Positions 37,573 to 50,142 of a DNA stretch of 64,000 bases are shown here, in pieces. Position 1 is the stretch's first letter. Every line of letters starts with the position of its first letter. Source of the DNA: Owenia fusiformis (taxonomy: Eukaryota); assembly GCA_903813345.2 (NCBI GenBank), contig CAIIXF020000001.1:25296001-25360000 (forward strand), given 5' to 3'. The translations under genes and the position numbers were made by a program. The notes under the pieces are model-generated. The model made no database searches, was not told the origin of the DNA, and worked only from the letters and a program-made list of their open reading frames with translations.

Positions 37573-40500
37573 CTATTGTAGAACAGTCCTCACTATGGTT
37601 TCTAGCACATCTACTGACTTTTTCATATCTTCTTCCTTGAGTTCAATATTTACTGTTACACGTATGCTGAAATATAAGAAATCGTGATATGTAATAAATC
37701 AAACACTTAAAATTACAGATTTCTTTTTGCAGAAAAAACTCTTCTTTGAGTATAGTGTGAATCTCAAATATCATTGAAAACTAGATAACAGCAACTCCGC
37801 TGAGTAGCAAATCCCAACGAACAAAATATCAATTAGCGAATTCCAATCAATCATACTCATTACTTTGGTTAAAATTGAAAAAATTAGATTTTAAAATTGC
37901 GAATTCCTGCAAAGCAGCCATTTTGAATTTTCTGAGATACAAATCTGAAAAATAATACCATAATTGTGATCTACTCCAAAATTCCTTCAATTTGAGTATA
38001 ATATAGCCATACTTTGAAGGGATCGAAAAATTATTGCGAAATAGTACATTAGAAGGCCATTTTGAATTTTACAAGGCTCGAATCAGAAAAAAGATACAAT
38101 ATTTGCAATCTACTCTTAATTGCCTTTCATTTGAGTATAATAAAGCTATACTTAAGAAAGATCTAAAAATTAGCGAACATTTTTGTTTTCCTGTCCCCCC
38201 ATACACAGCCCCTGGGGGTCAGGATGAAAAACACGGAATATATGTGAAATAGACAAATTTGTGAATATACTACCAAAATTTCAAACAATAATATTAATTA
38301 CTTTGGTTCAGAATGAAAAATTTATGATTTTTGCGAAAAAGTCCCGTCATTTTTAAAGCGGCGGCCACCTTGAAAAATTTTTTTTTGTGTAAAACTATTC
38401 ACCAATATACATCTTTCCACTAAATATGAAGAAAATCCGTCTACTAGTATTTGAGTTATCTTCCGGACAAACGGACGGACTGACTGACTGACAGACGGAC
38501 TGACGGATGGGCAGACAGACAGATGGACGGACAGATGGAGGGCTTCACTATATCCCTACCGAACTTCGTTCATTGGGATAATCAACTTTTGAGCTAGGTA
38601 TGAAAAGTCCACTGGCTTAAAAATGAGATGCAATCATAAGAATAAGAGAAAGAGGTTGGATTTAGGACAACCTTAAAGTAGACTTGGTCCTTCTCAAAAT
38701 GACTGATGACGGAAATGCAACTACCTAATACAGAACGGCACAGTAATTTTAAATCTATGAGGATGAACAGCTTCAATAAAGGAGGTCTCATAGAGCCTCT
38801 GATGACAAAGATGACAGAGATGAAATTATGATTATAATGGTGTGCAATATTACCTGACAGGTGGTAAATGTTGTTCCTCTGTGTCCAGGTACCTAGCCAC
38901 TGTCAATGCTACCCCTTTGTCCCTGGCCTAGGAAACAAGAGATTCATAATACATCTACCCATAAATCTACTATATGGCCATTGTTAATGCAGTTACTATA
39001 GTTATTATGGAACATTATCTCACATCTAGAACACAGACAGATTTTACTCATAAAGTGTCTACTGTTCAATTTGACTCTTTTATGATTGACTGTTTGTAAA
39101 GGACTGTGAGTTCTATGTAGAATAAATTGGGAGAGGTTTTTAATGCGTTTGCTTATGATTTTCATCTAAAAAAACATTAAAACACTATAAAATGTTTTAT
39201 TGACTATAAGATTACACCATATAATCCAAAAGAATATTTCTGATTTTCAAAGGTTATCTATGGATTAACACCCAGGTATTCTTAGTTTTCAAACTTCAGA
39301 GGACTGTACTGGGAATCATTGATAATCACTGCTTTTGAAGAAAAATGCTCAATAAAACGTTTTAAGTGTAATGATGTTTTTTAGAAAAAACAAACTCCCC
39401 AGGCCAATTCATTCTACATACAACTCGAGGTCTATTCTGATCTTTTCCTTTGTCAAGAATTGGACAAAACTATAAATCTTAATTCTGTGATTACCTGAAT
39501 GTCAGGGTTATTTTTACCATGAAACAAGCGTTGTAATATTTTAGTAATTTGGTTGAAACATGACTGTGATAAATGAAAACACTGGAACGAAGAAAAATCT
39601 TTGAGCTATTGTTTACCTACCAGATCTACTATTTTCTGTAAAGTCTTTTGGTCTCTTGATCTGTCGCCAGTGGGTTTGATCAGTCGAAGGTGTTGAATAG
39701 GTGACACTGGGAGACCACAAACTGTTAACCCTGGCAATCTGCAATTTCACATAGACTATGTGTAAGTAATTCATCGTGGTTCATTGTTTGAGATTACAGA
39801 TGATATGATGTTTGCAATTTCATGTTGTATTGAGCAAGATGTGAATATATATATATATCTAAAACACAACAATATATTTAAATCAGGTCAACTATAAGAT
39901 TTCCTTGGGATATAAAAAGGTTTTAAAAAGTTGTGACTTTTTTGTTTCTTTTCCTTTTGGCGAATGTAAACAATGGAGGTTCTTTCGCTAAGGTTTTTTA
40001 ACTCATCTATTCACACTGGTTTACAATTGTTTTCTACACAAGGACACCCAATTCCTAGAGATATAAGAACAGAACTAGCTTTGAAACATTATCTCCATTT
40101 CCATAGGGTAAGTTGACTTTTTGGTCGCTAACTCCAATTTTTACAAAACAATTTAATAACGAAAATGTTGTTGAGTAATATATCAGTTATAGCAGTTATT
40201 CAACATATACGAGTAACAACCTGCTTTAAGGTCTGAGTTCCATGTATAGTAATTATCAGGAAATACCAAACTACACTGTGTAGTACTATAAATAAGTATA
40301 AAACGGCATACCTTTGTAGTTGGTTGTGCATATACTGTGCATTTTGTTGAAGAGACTGGAATATTTGCGGCTTTTCTCGCATGATGTTGAGAGACTGGAT
40401 GGCAGCAGAGGCAAGCATAGGGGGAAGAGATGCTGAGAAACAATATCCAAGACCTGATAGGCGCTGAAATAAAGTACATAAATGACATTTATGGTAACAT

Positions 40501-43500
40501 AACTTTAATTAAGTGTTTCTCTGTGAACCTGAATAACACAATGTCATAGTAATATGCCTTTTTGGAGACATTACGTTTGCAAATTTTGGTTGCTTCGCAA
40601 TGTTGATTTTCAGTCTAGCTGAGACAGTTGAGACATTAAGATTGCACCAAGTAGTAAAACCTGTACCGTTGGCTCCTATGTGATCTTTGATCTATAAATA
40701 ACTAAAAAAGCGACTAGAAAATCAATGTGCTAACTTTCTATATGTTTCTAATTTAAAATTAGCAATAGCTGTTGAATAGCTGTATATGTTATGGTTCAAT
40801 ATAAAATTAATCCAATGGGGAAGAAATGCATGAAATTTCAAGTATGAAGTATTAGCCATATGATCAGTGAAATTTGTGTTAAAGCTGTTGCAGCAGACTA
40901 GAGTTTTTTTCCCATTGTGTGTACCAGATTGTTTTGATATGTAATCAGTTGATTGATTTAAGAAAATATGATTTTCGAAGATTTGTTTATGGACATCAAT
41001 TTACAAACATTTTATGTAGCAGCAAACCACTCACAGCAATTTATATTCCTGTTCCTTGTTTTGTAAGTGTACAAGTTGATGGGTGTTCTGAAGGTTTATT
41101 TTGAAGTAAACAAAATTACAGGTCCAAATATACAGGTCAAAGGTGTATCTTAAGGTCTCTAGTTCTCAATTGTTTCTTTACTGTTTACTTCATTTAAACA
41201 GTAACTCATCTAAGAACTCATTTTTTTTATTGCACCTTTGTGTCTTCACAAGGATATGACAAGAAATATAAAATGGTTACCTTGCTCTTTATATCAAATT
41301 AAAATTCTGACAATTTAAGAAAATTTATACAATTTTAGGTTGAGTGTAGTAGTATCAAGTCCAATATGTAGAAAAAATTAATCTGTTAAAGGTATTTTAT
41401 ACCTGGTGATCCACTACATAAGCTTTCCCACAGCAGAAGCCTCCTATAGACCCCACACTGTTCTCTATGCTGGCTGTTATCAGATCGATCTCACTTACCT
41501 ACAATATAAAAGTGTGTGATGGGAATTAGATGCAGTATGGGTGCAAAACTCCAGTGATTAATTTGGGCTGAATTTGAAAAATCTTTGATTCTGAACTTTC
41601 ATCTTATCTGTTATGTATTCAATATACATATGTTATGTTCATAATCATGTTAAATGCATGAGAAATGAGAATCTGAACTTACAGGTATGTTAAAGTGTTC
41701 TGTTACTCCTTTACCAGATTTTCCCAGAGTTCCAAATGAGATACTCTCATCTATAAATATTCGCACCTTGTATTTCCACTTGAGATCAATCTGAAAACAA
41801 ATGTAACAGTAATGCTTATTCACAACTGTAAAGTGTAAATATTTTCAAAATCATATACCATATCAATATGTCATCAGAATATTTTGGCTACATTCTGTTG
41901 CAACAGGAGCCAAGACTTGCATAGATTAGCAGTTAACTACTAGGTTGTTCTTCAAATTTGGCCCATTGGTTTGTGTGTAAATATCGCTGTATCAAAACTT
42001 CAAATTCACTACACATATCAAATAAATATTATGTTTTCCTTCATCATTATTTACAAATATGTTTTAAGATTCAAAATCAAAAGGTTTTGGATATTTTCAA
42101 ACACATTTATCTTAGGAGATTTTTGGAGTAATTTTTACATGTTAAAGTATGCTATTTAACCCACTGTATTTTTCGCCATCTATTGACAGTCCTGAAGGCC
42201 ATTAAAATCATCAGTTGACAATTTTCCAGTATATAAACTTTAATTGTTCCTTGATTTTTAAATTACTCATTTTTGAATGGTCTATATGTTTCAATGATAA
42301 ATCCAAAGGAAAAATTAGATGAATAAAATGCCCGAAATAAGTGAAAAGATGAACTTTGGCAGCATCTGGAGTGGTACAGTAATTACATGTATATAGTATC
42401 TTCTAATATTCTTAAACTCACCAGTTGAGGAAGAGGACAAATATCTCCATGGTTTAGATATAAGCCCTCTACTATCATAAACCTTCGAGTCACTTTGGCC
42501 TTTTTGGGATTCTAGAAGATAAAACAGTTGCTTTATAGATCAATCTGTATGCAACAAATTAGCTGGAGGACATGTCATGTCACAAGGGTTTTATTCTATT
42601 ATCAATTTCTTTTTGTCTAGACTGTCTCTGTTGAAGGATTTATAGCCCAAGTCTCAACGATTTTTGAGTGATTTATAGCACAGGTTTCAAATATGCAGAT
42701 TAGCAAATTAAACCAAGGCTAACATGAAAAGAAAAGTACATAAAATCAGCCTCAATTTATTAGCATAAAACAACATTTTAAGATATTTGTATTATTGTAT
42801 ACTCATTAAATTATCCAACCAAAAAAAATTGCGGGCATTTATCCAGGGCTCAACCTGGGTACAATTCCTTAAATTAGAAACACATTAGCACATACTTGAC
42901 TAACACATTTCCTTCAGTTCAAAGACTTTTACCAAACTCACCTTTTTGTCCTCAATGTCCTGTTCTTTCAGTACTCTTTCAAGATCTTGCATGTCATTGT
43001 GTTTGAAATAGACAACCTTACTACGAGAGGCCTGAATACCTTTCTGAATAGCAAATGACACCCCATCATCACTGAAACATAGGGACATGAATTGTATATG
43101 AAAGCTAACAAGCACTCCTTCACTTAATTAGGCATCCAACAATTTGAGGCTTTTCAACAATGTGGATGAATTAAATGTTAGATAGTGTACAAGCAATCAT
43201 TTACTCGGAAGCATGCATCCAACAATTGCTAATCAATATTAAATCACTCACTTAACTTATTCTTACCACTTTTATAAATCAAAATATATTTTTCGCCTAT
43301 TCATATCATGATAAACTATATCGAGATGATAGCCCCTGCTAAAGCTATTGCATGCATGAATATAGTGTACAAGCCAACAAACTTGCAACTTACCAGAATA
43401 TGACATCACCCCTTTTAGAATAAGCAGGAATGGCACTGGCCACTGTTGCAAATCCATAAGAATAAAGTATGGCCTCTTCACACTGCATGTACTTGGCAAG

Positions 43501-46500
43501 TTTCTCTTCCAGTTCTAAATGTACATCTATAAAAGAAAGTATCAAAATATTTCACAGATAAAGCATTTCTTTATCAAGCTCACTTTGGAATCATTGTATG
43601 GACTAATTCTATTATTGATTTGTTTTACAGTATTAAACTAATCTACCACCAACCCTACATCAGAAAGTATGGAACTGAGCGTCCATCAACCACGACAATA
43701 AAAACTAAATATGGGAACATGTACTCACCAACTGTTCCATAGAAACCTCTTGGGCCACATGAACCGACTCCATACTTTCTCAGTGATCTGACTGCCTCTT
43801 CCTGAAGATACAGCCACAGAATAAATAGACATATTATGAAACTGACAAAACATGGCATAAATGTGACAATCAATTAGCTTTCATGAGACTACTGAGTAGA
43901 TTTGCAGTACATTAAGAAAGTAGAAAACTGGAAATCATGACTTTTTATTTCCGTTTCTGTATAATCAATTAAATAAGTGTTTACCTTTATTGAGCAGTTC
44001 CCTGCCAGTCCAAGGAAGTTAAATGTTGCCAAGTTGATGCAGGGTTGGCCATTGATGTTCAATAGTTTACCAATAGGCCTATAACATGATGAAAACAAAT
44101 TGTTAATGGAGTGCGTGCGAACTGTGTAAAAGTGTGAAGATGTCTAGACTGAGCGATGCATAAAGATATAACTTGGAGGTAGAAATTAATCTATAATTGT
44201 GCTATTAGGATATACAGATGACTTATTAGAGGAACATATTCTCCTGTTATAACACTGAGCCTAATATTAATAAGTTGGAAAATGAGATCTCATTATTACT
44301 TGTTTAACTTCAAAATATTTTTTTATCCCTTATTTAATGCTGTGTGGTAAAAAATACACTGAGACACTTAACATGGGATCTGCCATTTTTGCTACATTTC
44401 ATGAAATTCATCAATTTTGACATCAAATTTTGACCCAGTGTAATGGAGATATAACATTGAAACGTTGCGGACTTTATAGGGAATAGAATCAAGATACAGA
44501 TTTATTTACTTTATTGGGATTTCTTTTGTTCCCCGCTTAGAAAACAGTCGTTAAACAAATATGGGGATTAACATGTAAACCTATGAGGTCCTTAACTTTT
44601 TTTGAGGAGTATATATCGTCTCCTACATATTCTTAATAATAACATTGCGTCTTGACATCAGAGTCTGATTGAAAATAAGCTCCTTTGAAGAATGAGATCT
44701 TCAATATAATGATTCCAGTTGAAGTCTTTGTTTTGCAAAAGGATTAGTTCAGAACAATGCTTAGAGATTCCTTACAAGAGAGTAGGGCTAGTGTATAATT
44801 ATACTTACCCTGAGACAACATTATCATGCACTAGGGCTAGTAAGGCAGGGTGGTCACTAGGTGTGTCTGGGACTAACGGTTCTGGTGTCCATTCTTCAAC
44901 CAGCTCTTTCTTCTCCTACAAATGCACATGTTTTTAGTGCACTGAATGTAGTATGTACCTTATATTATGGCCTATGTACTAAACATTTCTTTGCAGTATG
45001 CAGTTCAAGTACTTGGTAGATGCTACATGAAGTACTAAAAAGTCTGTCAAATAAAACTATCAAATGAAAATGACAAATTGTTTTATTAAACCACAGGTCC
45101 TGGTAAACACGTACATAGTTCTCGCCAGGCCTTAGAAAGACTAGAGACTAGTCATATACAGCACTGTAGTATTAAACTGGAGCCAATGATAAAATAAATC
45201 ATATATTCCCTTACCTTGTCTGAGAGGTTGTGTTCTGGCTTGTAACTCTGTGTAAAGAACAATCTGATAATCACCACAATCAAGAGACCCTCAAACAACA
45301 AGTGGTAGCTTGGGATCTATAAATAAATGACAAGAAATATATTTTTATGAGGTAACAATTAATCACATACCGTATTCTCTCTAATAAATGCACAGTGCAT
45401 CCCATATTCTCCTGGAAGAGATGTCTCAAATGATGGGTCATACCTTTTGGTGGTCAATTTTTGGATGTAGTATTTTTGGTCTTAGTGTCCGCCTCTCTCA
45501 TTACTTTATTGAGCCCACCACCAATGGGGACTGGATCTAGCATAATTGGGATCCATGGCAATTTCCACAGGACAGAACATACTATATGAAATGGTAACGG
45601 GGGGGAGGGGGGGATTACCAGATGACCTTTGGTATTGGCATGTTTGATAAACAGGCCTCATTTGCCATTGAAATGGATCTTTTAAGGTAATCGCTTTTGT
45701 TTTATAAGTATTCTCTACAAGTTTGGATCAATAGTATAATACCATAGCTGATAGCTTTGAAATGATAATGTTGAATTAAAAAAACGCCATTTCCACGATT
45801 TCAAAATTTTATTTTGCGTATTTGCGGCACTGAGAGAGCATGTGTTCATGATTGTTCACATGATCACATCCTGCAATTTGATTGGACATCATGTACTGGG
45901 GAATCCCCGAATACAATAGAGTATGATAGAAATATGGGAGCTACAGTAGGGAACATAAAGAATTACTATAGCTATGAAAATTACATGCTGCCGCACATGT
46001 AATAAATTCTTACCTCAGTGTATTCAGTACTCTATTTTCTCCGTCCTAGTAGTAGGTCCAAATATAGTGGAATTTGTGTCCATGACAAATAAGAACTTAA
46101 AAAGTTGAAGTGGATATTCACATGTTAAATCCCTTCAAATGTTAAGGTAATTTTGTAGCCTGATTACGCTACAATGGAGGATTGGCTCCCAGAATGCAAC
46201 ATGACACGTGCCAGCTTTCAAAATGCCGTTCCGCCATTTTGAAACCTGTCACGAGTAAATAAGGTTAACTGATATTGCATTCTGGGAGTCAATCTTCCTT
46301 GGATCACAAACATCAGGCAATTCATGAAAACATTCGTTCGATTTGGTAGGGATTTATCCATCATTTGCAGGTATGAAGCTTTGGATTCATTTATTGTGCT
46401 ACTTAAAGGGAATTATTTTTCTACCGCTTGGGAGAGTTTGAGACACGTAACTTGGAATTTAGCTCATTGTGACAACTTTTGATGGTTGAGTTTTATTTTT

Positions 46501-49500
46501 GTGCCCCACTTTACTCACTTCTCCTGTTCAGTGGCGTAGGAACAATGTACGCCAAAACACTAGTGCGTACTGCGTAGTGTTGAAAAATGTTCTTTTTTCA
46601 TATTTTCTCATTGTATTGTGCAAAAGTAATCTCGAGCACACTAGCCTAAAGAAATGTTTTGTGGATACCATATGATATGCTCGATTTTTTCAATAGTACT
46701 CTGCATGGTTTTTGTGCCTCTGTTATTTTTCTAACCTGGGCCACAGATAAATGACACTTTTTGAAAAATAAAATATTGACAGTTACCTTGTTTCTACAGT
46801 TCTAATACTGTAGAAAATGCAAAGTAATCATTATTGCTATGTTTGGCAAATAATCATTTAACAGATTGAATTCCCTTACCAACATACTTCATGAAAATCG
46901 AGCCATTATTGACTATCCAATGGCGTAGCTTCATATACGCAAAAAACGCCATTGCGTACTCTCAAATTTGAGAGAAAAATAGTTTTTTATAATGAATTGC
47001 CCCGCACTTTAGAAATACTGGATAGATCTTAAATAGTAAGATAATAGTAACAGTAACAATCATATATGAAAAACAAATAAATGATTTGTTCTAATCCTGT
47101 GTTGTTTGTTTTTGGTCCAGATTAAGTCGGAATTTCGTATTTCAAACCGACCCAGGACGCTTCAAAAGCAATCTCATTTTAAAATTTTCTTGGGGGAGAA
47201 CCCCCCCAAACCCCCCTCGAATTCGTTCGCTTCGCTCACTTGTGGCGTACTCTCACAAAATACCCACGCTACGCCTCTGTATCTTATGGATTTTAAAACT
47301 AAAATACAATTTCGCCAAATATTCGTGATTCGCGTTCTCTTCACAAATTTGAGAGAAAATGTTTTTTTCAAAAACTACTTGATTAATACCTTTGCAATTT
47401 TTTGCGCATGTTCCGTAATGCTTATGCAAACTGTGGTATCATTTAATTATAATAATGATGAACCTCTTTAAATTAGATGTGTATTTTTTTATTCTCCCCC
47501 TACCTGCAATTTTTCAATTTCACTACAGTTTAAAATCGATTTAAAATCACAGACAGAAATTATAGTTAAGTCAGCAATTATCTATTTTCTTACTAAATCA
47601 CCAATTGTTATTGGTAGTACTTCTTGAAATATGAATTAAAGACAAAAACAACTTGAAAATGTTGATTATTCAATTACGCGTTCCACTGATTTCAGTTCTA
47701 GAAAAGCCATTACCTAAATTTTTATTTCATTTGAAAGATAACAGATTATTGTTTTAGGAAATATAACATTTTTGGCACCCCCTAAGTCATGTTGACGTCG
47801 ATTTGACCTTTGTGGTGGGAGGTTTATTTGGTCTTGCGAATTAGTGTTGTAAAGGTTGCAGACATTAGGGTTAATTGTATCATTGATCACAAATGCGTTT
47901 CTTAAAATCAATTGATCAAACTAGATTCTTTAATCTGTACGTATTGTCTTATTGCAGGGTACATAATGGAATCAGACAATACAATTATCTCAATTCAATT
48001 ATTTGAAAATAATTAAAAATCTCTCATTTTTATTTGGAAATTGGTCGTCTATATCGTTCGAGTCATAAGAAAAGTGAGAATGATTTGTGTCAAGATTTAA
48101 AAGATTGGCTTTCCATGGTGATTTTAAATGATGAAAATCATTCGAACATTTTAAGCACATTAAAATGGTATCAGGGAATTTTAAGCTTGCAGATAAAATC
48201 GAAACGCCAACCTATACGTATGACCAATCGCCCATTCAAATGCATCGCTAAATATTTCCGTTCACTTCATGGTTCACTTAGGTTGTGAAAACATGGCATG
48301 CTAAAATCTCTATTGCCATAAAATGACGTTTTACGAGCATAAAATAGGCGTTTTGATATAGAAGATTTGACACCACTGTTTCATTTTTGTCAGGATTTTT
48401 TGGCGTAGTGTTGAATTTACTTCCTTCGCCCCTGCTGGTATATGTCTAGGTGCATTCATTCACCCTCTGGGTCTCTGAGATGCATTTCACACCCGGTGAT
48501 CGTGAATATGGGACGGAGGGGGGGAGCAGGCAATTTATTTTTTCAAGAAAAAGTTTACTATTGAATTGCTAAATGGATAGGCACACGGTATGGTAGAATA
48601 TGTTAGGTTTTCTGGGATTTTTTCTGAAACGATACGCATCTAAGGTATGAGATCTATTAAAAAAGGCGCAAGGCCATCAACAGGCACAAATCAACGTTTT
48701 TGCTATAAACCAAACAACAATGGTCTGGACGACCTGTAATAAATACTTGTAAGTGATGTTATCATAACTAAATTAATGTCATTGCTGAATTTATAAAATA
48801 AGTTTCCATATGTGAAATAAAAAATAATCGAAAATAATGAATTTGGGACGGAGGGGGGGAGGGGACGGAGGGGGGGAGCAATATGTATATAAGACATGAT
48901 AAGAGATGTTTCGCGACTTTAAGTCCTTTTACTCCAAATGTCCCCATTTTTCAGTCTCCAGGGGTATATCATCCAGTTTCTTACTAAGTTAATGAGTTCA
49001 TTTTACAAATACAAGAATTCGTGTGAAGTTGTTTCACTTTATAGAATTATTACTCCCCCCCTCAGTCCCCTCCCCCCCTCCGTCCCATTTTAATTATTTT
49101 CGATTATTTTTTATTTTGCGTATGGAAACTTATCTTATAAATTCAGCAATGACATTAATTTAGTTATGATAACATCACTTACAAGTATTTATTACAGGTC
49201 GTGTAGTCCATTGTTGCTTGATTTATAGCAAAAACTTTGACTTTTGCACGTTGGTTGCGTTGCGCCTTTTTTAATAGATCTTATATCTTAAAAGAGTATC
49301 GGTTCAAAAATAATCCTAGAATACCTAACATATTTTATCATACCGTGCCCCTATTCAATTTGCAATTCAATCGTAAACTCTGTCTTGAAAAAATAATTTT
49401 ACCAGATTTGTTGAATTTTCTAGCGTAAATTGCCTGCTCCCCCCCTCCGTCCCATTTTCACGATCACCGGGTGTGCATTTGCTTCGAAATATTTTAAGAT

Positions 49501-49801
49501 CAGAGTAATGAATAAACCGGATTAAGTTTAACTTGTTAAACTAGGAGAGTTTCTATGATTGCTGGAAACTCATTTAGATCTAGGCCTAATTTTTCTTGAA
49601 AAAAAAGTTCAAAAACATTGAAATAAATGGACTTTAGGTCCAAGCCAAAGTTAAGCATTGTAAAAGCTAAATCTATACAGTATTAAGAGATGAATATATT
49701 AATGAGAAATCATTTCCATTTGGTGAACACAAAGAGAGATCATTTACCTGTAGTATACTGGAGAATATTTCGTTGAAATTCCAATTTTCGACGGATGCCA
49801 T
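37573..49801 (-). CDS. SPTLC1: Serine palmitoyltransferase long chain base subunit 1, 474 aa
   Basis: 14 exons: 49801-49748, 45316-45215, 44915-44809, 44078-43985, 43801-43729, 43526-43394, 43071-42942, 42511-42422, 41790-41683, 41498-41403, 40463-40312, 39738-39621, 38927-38854, 37666-37573 (1425 nt, all GT-AG, in phase). Motifs [45 protein letters not shown] and [15 protein letters not shown] has N where SPTLC2 has the PLP lysine, which identifies subunit 1. Confidence 0.97.
37780..38583. mobile_element. Helentron-associated (HINE/DINE-like) non-autonomous element in the last SPTLC1 intron
   Basis: (GGAC/TGAC/AGAC)n microsatellite at 38465-38538 followed by the stem-loop TATCCC...GGGATA; the end is homologous to 63555-63680 in reverse. 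Confidence 0.65.
46918..47279. mobile_element. Short DNA element with CA(A/G)TGGCGTAGC...GCTACGCCTCTG ends; a related left end at 46529
   Basis: Imperfect 12-bp TIR and an internal direct repeat GCGTACTCTCA; no TSD seen. Confidence 0.5.
48488..49475. mobile_element. 988-bp fold-back element with CAC...GTG termini and 5-bp TSD in SPTLC1 intron 1
   Basis: CATTT|CACACCCGGTGATCGTGAATATGGGACGGAGGGGGG ... CCCCCCTCCGTCCCATTTTCACGATCACCGGGTGTG|CATTT; TIRs of about 390 bp with an internal repeated GGGACGGAGGGGGG motif. Confidence 0.88.
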
Positions 49802-50142
49802 GTTGTTTTTTTGATCGTATGGAGGATTTCACTACACCAGCAAGACATTTGGCATTAACAAAATAAACCCCGTAGTAGAGTATATTATTTATGAATAGAA
49901 AAATATTATTTATGAACTATTGTGCAATTTTGGAAAATATATGAATTGCTGTAACACGAGATGTAATGATAACTGATTATGTTTCCATTGATTTCGCCTA
50001 CCATATTTACGCATATAGTTTAAATTGTAGTGTTCATCTACACACGCTTTGATGACGTCAAATTCATGCGACGTCAGCAAAGAACCCATGTCTCTCCAGA
50101 TTTGATGAAAGTTTGTTCAATATTTACATCTTTTTCATCCCA
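49802..50142. promoter_or_regulatory. Putative bidirectional promoter with tandem CRE-like sites
   Basis: 341 bp between divergent start codons; TGACGTCA at 50053-50060 and CGACGTCA at 50069-50076. Confidence 0.6.

Noticed and set aside
46014..46240. Candidate SPTLC1 first exons near 46083 and 46236, and an inverted TCCCAGAATGCA pair around CCGCCATTTT as a promoter
   Set aside because: Both frames hit stop codons. The better first exon is 49801-49748, so this is intronic and probably a small MITE remnant.
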